Shown piece by piece: positions 30,388 through 40,525 of a stretch of 64,000 nucleotides of DNA (its first letter is position 1; every line of letters begins with the position of its first letter). A model generated the notes under the pieces. The model was not told where the DNA came from and did no database searches. It saw only the letters and a program-made list of their open reading frames with translations. Made by a program: the position numbers and the translations under genes. Source of the stretch: Raillietiella orientalis. Lineage: Eukaryota. The stretch is from positions 1,550,001 through 1,614,000 of the forward strand of contig JAYWIR010000041.1 in NCBI GenBank assembly GCA_036172245.1, in the 5' to 3' direction.

Positions 30388-31010
30388 TGTGTCTGTCGTT
30401 CCGGTTCCATATCCAGATCAGTGCACCCCCAAGTTCCCATTCCGTTCTGAAAACGTGTGCATGCTGATGTTCAATACATAGGTGAGTGTGTATATCCGTA
30501 TCGATGTTTGCTTCCGTCCATCTTCCCATGACTGTTGTTTCCACGTGTCGATTGCGAGTAGCGGATGGACAGGAATATGGGAGGATATACGCACATACAT
30601 GAGTACGTACGCACACAAAGCTTTTCAACATTGTATGCTGCAAACACGAAACGTTCCTGGATATTCTTCGTTCCTGGATAGTGGAGCAGTCCCGCGAACA
30701 CGTTTCCGTGAATGGTCATAAGCTGGAGTTGCATTCGCATGGCTGGCATTCTGGGTACATGGACAGCCACGCACACTTGCCTATTTGCACAGCAGCACGT
30801 GGGTGCGTTCAATTTTGGTGTGGACAGGTGGAATGTGTGCCGTGTCCACTTTGTCCGGAAGGTATCTGAAGACGGAAAGTGATGCGAAGTGCTGGGCATC
30901 GATGTTTCCTGTTTGCTGTTCCAATGCCTTTCTTGATGGGAGCATGTACAGGTTGCCCGCAGCCCCCGTCCCGTGCTGCTAGCGTACGGAAAGGAGAACG
31001 TACACGCTGA

Positions 31011-32873
31011 TTGGAAAGTGTGCTGATCGGTGTATGTCAAATTGCTATAGGAAATGCGTTCGCGCGGATGTACAGAACGGATGGCTGTTTTGCAATGTTT
31101 GGAAATAGACGGTGGGTGCGACGCGACAGGTGCCAAGAGAGCAGTCGCCTGTGGCGGCCGCCTGCCAAGCTGTTGTGCCTGCACGGCACAGTGGCGCTTG
31201 GCGGCATGGGCGCCGTCGGAGCGCGCGCTTCCGCGTTCGCCAGGCGCCGTGCGTGCTGCCTCGGGCAGCGACCGGCCAGTGCGGCTGCGGCCGGCCGGCG
31301 CTCGTCCGCTGCGCCGGCCGGCCCGTCCGCTCTTGCGCTCTGCGTCTCGGATGGAAGGTTCTCGTTGCCCAGGACGACCGGCATCATTGTTTCGTCGTCG
31401 AACGTTCCAACAAAGGATGAAAATTTTCTTTTCCCATTCGAGAGAAAGCTTTTTGTGTGTCCGGATCGGGCATCTGTGCGTTCTCTCTCTGTGTCTCTCT
31501 GTGCAAGATTGTGTTGTGACTTGTTGTTGGTGCGCGTGTGTGGCAGCTGTCGGTTCGTCGGAGGAAGTGAGCAGTGCGACGCCGGAGGGTGAGAAGGTAG
31601 TGTGGGCGCTGGCGCGGTGGGCGAGCGGCGCCGGATGCGAGGCGCGGGGGTCGGCGAGCGAGCGGGATGGGGCGCGCGCCAGCGGCGGCGGCGGCTGCGG
31701 CTGCCGCCGGCGGGTGGTGACGTAACGCCGTCCGCCGCCGCCGCCGCCTGCGCCGTCCTGCCTGCTTCGCACGCTGCTTGGTGGTGGTCGAGCGTGCAGA
31801 CAGAGCTGAAAACGACGTGCGGCGGGCAGGACGATGGAGTGGGCGCCCGTGCCCGTCCGCTCTTCGTTGCCCGCTGGGAGCGTGGCTCCGATCTGGTTCG
31901 TGCGCGCTCGCTATCGTATCGCTGAATGGATGCTTCCGCGCTGGCTTCCCCATCCGCTCGGCCGCGTGCCAAGCAGCCGCACCAGTCTGCCCGATGGCCA
32001 CGAGTCTGTCTTTTTCAGATGCAGGCGGAGTGGAGCTGGGGCGGCGTGTACCGGCGCGCCATGGACGGCATCGTGCGCGGTGCCTGGCGCAGTCAACAGC
32101 TCCAGGTGGCCGCGTTGCACGCACGCGGACAGTGTGCTGTCCTGCGTGATGCGGGCTGCATTTGGCAGCAGCATGCGGCACGGCGAGCTCGGCGCTCGTC
32201 CTTGCACCTCGGCCGCTTGCCCACGTACGTGGTGCAGCACGAGGACGCTCGGACGAGCTCGACCGCAAGCCGCGAACGGGGGAGAGGGTGGTGTGCGGAG
32301 GGCGCCACGGAAGATTCGTCTTCCGTGGCCGAAATTAATCTCTTTCCTTTCGTTTCAGGGACGCAGGAATCGTCGACGTGCGTGGAGGCGGCGCTTCTCC
32401 AGGCGTCGTTTGGTGCCCGACCCAGTCTGCTGTCTACGGAGGCCCGTAGCGATGCGCTGTTCGTGACGGTGCGCGCGTCGCAGGGGCTGTTTTCAGCGGG
32501 CAGCAGCGGGCAGGTGCAAGCAGCAGGAGTGCCTACGAAGGCGTCGTCGTCGTATGTCTTCGGTGCGGGCTGCGCTCCGACCGCGCCCCGTAGCGTCGGC
32601 GAGCGGAGGCGCCGTACTCGGGCTCGGCTTGGAGCGCTGAAGAGGGGTGGGCGCGCGCACCGCAGGCGCGATCGCCGGCTCGTCAGCCGGACGGTGGGAG
32701 CGTGGGCGCGCTGCGAGGGGCGTTGGTGCGCGGCGCAGCTTTCCGAGCGGGTGGAACGGCTGGTTCGCTCCAAGCGTTCCCTCGCCCGAAAGCTGCTCGC
32801 GCACCAGAAGGAGCTGTACCGCCTGCGGCAACTGCAGGCTGCGGCCGTCTGCGTCTCGCCAGCCTTCCGTTGA
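31011..32873 (+). CDS. Candidate GC-rich spliced gene or pseudogene of unknown function, with predicted C-terminal coiled coil
   Basis: Strongly GC-rich island containing the 315-aa ORF 31926-32873. Acceptor-like TTTTTCAG (32011-32018, directly followed by an in-frame ATG) and GTTTCAG (32352-32358). Tail LSERVERLVRSKRSLARKLLAHQKELYRLRQLQ is heptad-like. No family recognised. Confidence 0.35.
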
Positions 32874-33319
32874 CCATCTGCCGCGGGATTTACTTTGTAG
32901 AAACTGGAGGTTTGTATCTAATAAACGCCTCGGCGTGAGCGGGACCATTATTCTCAGTGAGAAATCTCATAAGTCATCTGCATGGAGAGTCGACGCTGCT
33001 GCCGAAGCGCGATGTCGGAACACGACTCGTCAATGGGGCTTCTGTTCGCATCGTCCTTATGTACCTTGGATGCTCCAGGCATCCTCGCATATCGAGTGCG
33101 AATTTGCTTTTCCCTTTCTGCCTGCAGGGAGGTCGGTTTTGTGCCTTTCTGCTGGCGGTCATCCAGTTCATTTCAAATGAACTGGATGACATACTTATTT
33201 AGGAATATGAACAAAAAGAAGTTTACAAATCTCTGATTCTACAAATATTATATGTGAAGCTTAATCACCGAGTAGATGTAGATGGAATATCATTACATGT
33301 TCAATTTCCTATTAATACA

Positions 33320-35191
33320 GTCTAACCGAAAATTGTGATTGTTGGTGAGTATCATATGAGAAGCATGTTGAAAAAAACTTTCTCTCTGCAATGTATTCCA
33401 GGAAGAGTTTTTCGAAGGTGCAAAATGGCTTCTGTACGAGGCCTTCCTGCAAGTCTGCAGATGTTGTACTCGCTACCAAGGTGCAGACGACGATCTTCCT
33501 TTTACTCTCCCGGAAGTTCAGCATTTGCTTTTAGACGTTCGTTACAAGTACGCTTCAGTGACGCTTTCATCCACATTGTCAGTTCACTTTCTTTTATCAT
33601 TTCATCATATCTATCTATCTATCATTGCAGTTGTCCAAGACGGTATGTCCAGAAGATTTCCCTGCTGTGCTGAATGTTGAACGCTCACTTTTCTCATCTG
33701 ATCATCAAACAGAAAGGGAACATTTAGTTTCATGAGCACGGGGTTGTTTCCGAAATATTCGGAACCAAGCGGCTCCAGCACGATCCCACGTGTGAGCTTG
33801 CTGTCCCATGCGAGACAATTGCAGGGATAGTCAGGAGCATTCCTGGACTGTTTCGAAATCCTCTGGCACGTTTTGAAATAGTCAGCACACTTCCATGATC
33901 TTCTTGCTGTCGTTCTTCGAAAAAACCATGAAGAGTGCATTGGAATTCAAAATCTAGGTATAACGTAAGAAGGGATTAGAAATTAGTTTACTCCTCATCC
34001 GTAGATTCAAAATAAGAAATAAGCATTCGACCAACATGCCGACTGCATCCGCCTGGGGATCCCTACAGGCAGTAGCCCGCGTCGGAGGCTGTGCTTACGG
34101 TGGTCTCCGCGGGTGGCACCAAGCGTCACGCGTTCGAATACTGCGAAGGAATCGACGCAGTGCGTCGTGGCTTGCCCACAAGATGACGCTGATTGGAATC
34201 AATTAAAAGCAATGTTAATGTACATCAGTAAAAATTTCAATGGAATCCCTATTAATAATTTGCATTATCTCAAACGAACTCAGTAAAACTTTGAAAGAAA
34301 TTGAAAAAAAGTGCTTGCAAGAAGCATTCAAACAGCAATGTTCTATTCTTAGTTGAAAGACAAAATCCCCATGTGCCTTGGTAGGGGTTCTTATTGATGA
34401 GTTCCGTTTTCCCCAGGTCCAACAAGCGGTAGGGAGAATTCCTGCACTAAACGAAGTTTCGTGTGAATGCATTGACAAACAACAGAACAATCGACTTTGA
34501 GATTTTCCTTATGGCTACACTTGGGACATTTCACCTCTCTTCTCGCCTTCATCTGCGCACTTTGGGGAGGGAAACTGTCACTTCCGGACAGTGGGATTCC
34601 TTCGCATCTGAACAGTTGCAATTTCTTTGTTCAACATGTACCTGTACGTCCAGTAGGGGATTTTCCCCCAGCTGCGAATTCCAATTTCCTCCTTGATCAG
34701 TTCTTACAGAATGTTTATCGCCGGGACTAGCACTGCTTTTTCTTCTGCTTGGCTCTTATCACTATGCTCGTGATATAGAGAGAGCAATGCAGGTCCGCAA
34801 CACAAGATTGTGTGTGGGGACGTTCCATCCCCTCCAAACAATCCTGCCAGGATCTCCTTTGTCTTCTCCTGTAGGCCTGGCACCGCCTTCCAGTCTCTGT
34901 TGAGTGTCGGGCAGCTGAGTAGTGGATCTGGGTTTCCCGGTCTTCGCAGACTGCGCTAATCTCCCTGATGCATCCCTCGTCCAGTGCTTTGCTCTTTTCC
35001 CGCTCGGGATGCCTCCATGGTAGAACATCAGGAGGTTATTGAGAGTGTCCGCTGGTAGGTCGCTCCTACGGAATGTAGGTTGAAGGTTCACTTATGGGTC
35101 TCATAGCAGTTGGCAGCCGTAGAGAGGGCATCGTATTGTTGGCGAATCTGCTTTATGATGTCCCTGATGTCTGCTTTAGTCATTACGATCC
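33320..35191 (-). mobile_element. Duplicated Gypsy relics (integrase 3' part, gag-like knuckle, RNase H) inside the left inverted arm
   Basis: Reverse complement of 57081-58950. Confidence 0.5.
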
Positions 35192-35199
35192 GTCATTAC

Positions 35200-37900
35200 G
35201 ACAGCAAGCTGGGAGTGCCGAGAACTCTTCTCGAGTGCCCCGCTCACCGTTTCTCATTGGTAAGTCGGAACGTGGAGCTGCCTGCAAAAGTTCCCCATCC
35301 AAACTCTTCCTTGGCTCCTGGCTGCCTCCTAACCCCGATCCTCCCCGCTTTTCGAGCGCACTCGAAGGTTACGAGAAGAATGGGCACCACTGGATGGTAG
35401 TCGCCAAGAGGCAGAATCGGAGTTCCTCTGCCGGGTTGCAGGGGCGACGCTCAAGCCGCGGGGAGGACGATGGACGTCAACGGAGCTTTGCATTGTGAAA
35501 AGTCCGAGCGTCACCATTCTGACTGTCGAGCGAGCACGGTGCGCAGGTAGTGATTTCGGGAATTGGAGGAGACGGAGAAACAGCAATCCAAGTGGAGAGA
35601 TGGCTTGGGCAGAGAGTAGGTGGGTTGGAGGTGGACGGCAGTGAGACGCTTCCGCGAATGCCACATGGAATGCGCTCAGCAACCGCCCTGGTCTTTGCAG
35701 GTCTCTGCAACTACTGCGTTCACGTCGCAAGTGGGCTGTGAAGCGAACTGTGCACTGGCTGTTCTTCCGAAGCACGTTCGCCGGGAAATGTTTATACAGC
35801 TCGCGCGTGATCCGTTTCTACGTCCACACGGGCAATGAGTGCGTTCAGGACGAACGAAGTGTCCTTTGCGGTGTGCTGCATCGTGGATAGTGCGCTCCCG
35901 GACGAGTCTGACTCCTTTGACTGGCAGCATCCATCTGCGGAGCTCGGTGCGTGCGTGCTGCACCATGCTTTTCGCAAGTGCCTCCTCACACGCCCTTTCG
36001 CAGGCATTTCGCTCTCTGCTCTGCTGAGCCAACTCAGCAGTCTTGTCTTGGAAGATGCCCTCTGAAAGATGAACTTGCTGGAGCGCGAGGAGCGATGCGG
36101 AGGAGGAATGGAAGACTCCGTTTCGAGAAGACAGATCGCTGAGGAGCCAAAGAGGGGCAGCCAGCAAGCAAGTTGCTTCGTTGGAGAAGCCCGCCACCGC
36201 CAGTCTTAGCGGGGTGAACACACTTCGGCACCGGTCGCGAGACGGGAGCAGCACAATGGTAACCGGAAGCGCACAAAGAAACACGCCGCCTTTCCCGGAA
36301 CTCACGGCGAGCTTGGCCGGCGAAACGCATCCTCCAGTTCGGTCAGTTTGAAAAGGCAGCACTGGTCTCCTGAGGCCGCGTCCTTCAGGCAAGCGCGCTT
36401 CCACCATACTTGCTTGGTGGTTGGTGTCTTTCATGAAGAGCGTACCTGGCGGCGGAGATCCGCCTGCCACCGTCCACACGAACGGCAGGGGCATACGGTG
36501 GAAAATCACTCCTGACAGACGTGTGGATCGATTGGGATCATCTGAATAGGATTTCCGAGGGTGGCTCAGATACAACAGCCACGCTCCATGCTGAGGTTTT
36601 CCCAATGCGGCGAGTCCATCGGAAGACTCCGGGTGGTGCGCTCTGAACCCGGCCTGAAGAACTGGGCAGGTGGACGGGGGATTGCTTTCTCGACAAGCCG
36701 AAGGGAGACCGGAAGGAAGACCGCGCCGGGATTCTGGTCAAAATAAACATCAGGAGCCTGTCGGTCCACATGTTCATCCCACGGCCTCGTCTCTTACGCC
36801 CCTGTCCCACATCCGAAAAATTCGATAGCTGTTTCCGAGAAAACGAGCGAACGTCCCACCCACCGGGGAGTGCGACTGTTTCCGCACGGCTTACAAGATG
36901 TTCATTAGAGCGCTAATTATCTTCGGTGGATACGATTTCCAGATTTTTTTTTGTGTTCTACCCGAAGACGTGCTGAGGCCCTACAGAGCAGTGGGATGAT
37001 GGGAGGGAGGTTATCCTCCGAGCGCGGGGTCTGCCGCAGTGAAATCCACCGCATCAGCTTCCGTTTCCTGCATGGATTCGCCTCTTCCTTCCGGAACAGA
37101 TGACAAACCATCTCCTTTTTCACGTCGTCCTTTCATTCTCTCTCTACGCGCGTGTTTCCTTCCTTCATTTCTTCTCCAACAGTCTGCAAAACGTTTGCAA
37201 AGACTGCCGACGTTTCGAGGGCACGATTCCTGTAATGCACTCACTAGTCACCAGGGTGTCCTTCGCCAGTTTTCAAGGCGATTCCTTGGCACAGGGGTGA
37301 AACTCAGTACACACAAGGAATCCGGTGCTCGGCTCTTTCAAGCAATGGCGCTTGCCATCCGTAGCGCGCTTGTATCCGCAGCCATCGGGAAGCGGTTTCC
37401 GAAGACACTGAACTGAGCGCAAGCATCACCACATGACACGTTGCGCACAGGCACAAGATCATGCTCACCACATTTCTTGAATCCTGTCGAATGCGCTATC
37501 AGTCAGGTTCGACTGGCACACTGATGGCTCGTAGCGCAAGAGCAACCATTAGCGCGCTGAGATCCGAGACACAAATCGGAATAAAGGGAGGAGTGGAAAC
37601 GGTGCAAAAAGATTGCCCTAGTACGGACACTGGAATTCCAGTGGGAACATGGGTTCCACTGGGATGCGCATTTCGCTCGGAAGCTCAGAAATTCCACGAT
37701 CCCGACGTTCTCTCGGTAATGGAATTGGCTCGCTGATGTGGGTGGATGCTGAGCGCGGAATCCCGTTCTCCAATTGGGGAATGGCTGCTGAGAGCGCATC
37801 TCTTTTCGATAGCATTTCAAGGTGCCTGGAGAGAAAAGCCGATCCTCTAGGATCTTTCTAGGATCGTTCATTCAGGAGGCGGAGTCGTACCTGACCACTC
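35200..37900 (+). mobile_element. Degenerate L1/Tx1-like ORF2 (APE endonuclease plus RT)
   Basis: Motifs occur in the correct order across frameshifts: IGGDGE (~35565, GGDFN), SSRVIRFYV (~35800, SRIDR), RKTAPG (~36720, K.PG.DG), TAYKMFIRAL (~36890, DYKI..KAL) and HQG/CPSP (~37255, QGCPLSP). Confidence 0.55.
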
Positions 37901-38060
37901 CAGATGTCGTACGAAAAATTCAGAGGAAAGCAAAACTTTCTGAGGAGCGCTTTCGGCTACGATCCACGTGCATCCGCAGCCTTCCCATTGCCCTTTCACC
38001 CAAGCATCGCAAAAGAAGGAAGAATTCGCAGTAATTGAACTTCCCTCCACGCTACGTGTA

Positions 38061-38882
38061 TTAGTTCCGTGGGAACTCGCTGAGAGACTTTTCGTCATCC
38101 AGCGGAGGCAGCCAGCAGAGCAGCCTTCGGAAGAACTTGGCTACCCTGCTCCTGGCGGCGGTCATTCGGAAGTGTAGGGCGCTGCGACGAACAGCAGAGC
38201 GTCTGTCCGCCCCGCTGCACTCGTAGACGGTGGCCGACGCGTGGGAGAGGTTGCCGGCCGCCGTCCCGCAGCTGCCAACTGCAGCCAAAGTGCCTGCGGC
38301 GCCGCCGCCGCTCAGGTCCTGCTTGGAGGGTGCCCCACGTTGCGGCTGCTCTGTGCTCGCCGACAGCTGAACGTGTTGAGTGCGATCGGCTGCCAGCACC
38401 TGGCCCCAGATCGGCGCAGGCACGTACGCCGTGATCAGAGTCCACTCCCAAATGGGGTCGGAGCACGGTTGCCCACAGTGAGGGCAACGCGGAACGAGGA
38501 ACGGATGACCGGCGCCCACTTCGAAAGGGCGCGCGGTCCACGGATCCACTTGAGAGGCCACGTTCATCGACGCGAACGCATCCGGCGGCGCCGCTTCTCC
38601 GTGCGGCGCCCACGGATCCAGGAAGGGTTGAAGGCTTGCCTGGGTCGCTTCCGATGGCGTGGAGCTGTCACTGGATGTCGAAAGGGAGGTGGATGTTCTG
38701 GAGGCCCACAACCTGGGCAGACGCACGTACTGGCGCGGCTGCTCCCCTTCCAAGGCGCCCGGGTCGCACGCCAATCCGCTGGCGGGCGACTCCTCCGCCT
38801 CCGGAGTCGACCCGCGTGAATCGAACAGGGCGACCCACGAGCTGTCGCTAGAAGTCCGGGAATTCTCCTGAGCGTTCTCCAT
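38061..38882 (-). CDS. Candidate orphan protein, ~273 aa, S/P/A-rich with CPHC
   Basis: Uninterrupted ORF with an AAAATG start context (MENAQENSR...). Composition looks disordered-protein-like, but high GC inflates ORF length. Confidence 0.35.
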   Translation of the reverse strand: MENAQENSRTSSDSSWVALFDSRGSTPEAEESPASGLACDPGALEGEQPRQYVRLPRLWASRTSTSLSTSSDSSTPSEATQASLQPFLDPWAPHGEAAPPDAFASMNVASQVDPWTARPFEVGAGHPFLVPRCPHCGQPCSDPIWEWTLITAYVPAPIWGQVLAADRTQHVQLSASTEQPQRGAPSKQDLSGGGAAGTLAAVGSCGTAAGNLSHASATVYECSGADRRSAVRRSALHFRMTAARSRVAKFFRRLLCWLPPLDDEKSLSEFPRN

Positions 38883-40109
38883 TTTGCTTTTCGATGGCGT
38901 CACACTTCACCAAAAGAGCGAGCGAGCAGAAGTAGCCTGCGGGACAATTTTTCTTCCTAAGCGAAACCAAAGTGAAGGCTATCCGATGTGGCTGCTGCAA
39001 CTTCCACCGATCGAACGGCGATGGATCGAATCGTGCCGCAGCATTCATCCAGTCAGCCCTTAACATCTCGGGAAGGCGGCTGCGGTCGTGGTGGCGTGTG
39101 ACGACCTCTGTCCTGTCGCCAAGCGGTTACTCGTAGCAAACAAGCATCCACGATGCTCCCGACCGTCTCCTCGTTCTCATTCCAAGCGTCTCTCCAGCGC
39201 AGTTCCCTACGGGAGTCTGTCGGGCAGATGCAGAACCCGCTGTTGCGCCGAACGAGAGAGCACGAAAGCGGTTGGGCCTGGGAGAAAACTGGCGTCCTCC
39301 GCAGCGTTCTCGGCGGGAGAACATCTGGCAGATGGGTGTCAAGAGGATGGCAAGCGATCGGGCCGGGCTCGAATTTTCAGGGTGTTTGTGGCCCCAGTGG
39401 AATGCGCACGCGCACGCGAGCCATGCGGCCGCTTGCTCCGTTCGAAATCGCACACCACCAACGTCCCCAAAGAATACAAAAGGGGCGTGCTTACGCTGTG
39501 CCAGGGCTACCCTGCTCGTGCCAGTTGATGGGAAAGGGCGTGGTTATTCGGCACTTGTTCGCACTTGTGTTACAGGGAAGAAGAGCATGGTAATGTAGAC
39601 GTCTATGACGATCCGATGCATCAATGAAATGAGCAGGTTGCATTGACTATGAGAGGAAGTCTTTGCATATTCCATATGTGGACATGTTTTCATCTATGCA
39701 GTGATGTAGATTGCAAAACGTGTATTAGAAAATGCATGCTTTCCGAATATATCCAGATAATATGGAATTCCATGCCTACGCATTTACGCTAACCTATTTC
39801 TATTCCTATGTATGTGTCCACATGATCTTCAAAGATTTATGCGTCACGCATATCCAGAGTACACGCATATATATTTAGTTTTTCTAATCTCCAACATAGC
39901 CATGAGGAATTTTCTCGACAACATATTCATAGAATGCATGACTAAAAATGTCTGTCGACAAGTTTTACGAAACATGCAGGTTCCAGCGATAGGAATTTGA
40001 ATAATAGGAATTCTAAGAAATCGGAATCGCTGTGTACGTGAAAATCAATTTGTATATGGATTCGTATGCGATAAACACACGCAGAATTCTTTTTCACTAT
40101 CCTTTGGGA

Positions 40110-40525
40110 TTTCGTTTCTGGGGATTCCTATGGACGGCGCTTGCCCGGACGTTGCGTCGCTCGGAGGTGTCGGTGGAGTTCCGGGACACGGGCACACTCT
40201 CGCACTGGGCACCCGTTTGCCCAGTCACGAAGGCGGAGCGTTATTCTGGGCGAGCAAAGTTCCTCTCTCCAGCTTCCATCCGGAAAGCTTGCTTCTACAG
40301 AATTTCACTCAGAGATGAGGATGTCCGGAGTCTGCAACGTTGTGCAGTTCGTTTGCGGGCAGCCTCCCTCCTCTCGGTGCCAACGGCTGCTCATCTTTCC
40401 TAGCGACAGGTGATCGACCACGAGGTTTGCAGGACGCGAAAGGGAAAACCACCCGAGGGCACTGTGCATGTCTCATCATCGTCTGCTGGAGCTGTTCTCC
40501 TGCTGCCGTGAGCGCTTCCCGATGA
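40110..40525 (+). mobile_element. Possible non-LTR RT thumb fragment
   Basis: RFLGIPM at ~40112 resembles KYLG+.+, in a GC-rich patch like the other L1/Tx1 relics. Confidence 0.25.

Larger units (their letters stand above)
29697..35191. repeat. Left arm of ~5.5 kb inverted duplication (partner 57081-62572)
   Basis: The ORF track is mirrored between the arms (coordinate sums 92272 and 92269). Both ends were aligned by eye. Confidence 0.97.

Noticed and set aside
30471..32948. Many long overlapping ORFs (e.g. 433, 311 and 294 aa) and their mirrors near 59.3-61.8 kb
   Set aside because: Expected in very GC-rich sequence where stop codons are scarce; the translations are R/A/P-rich and low-complexity.
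34110..34150. tRNA gene (GTTCGAAT T-loop-like)
   Set aside because: No paired T-stem or cloverleaf spacing.
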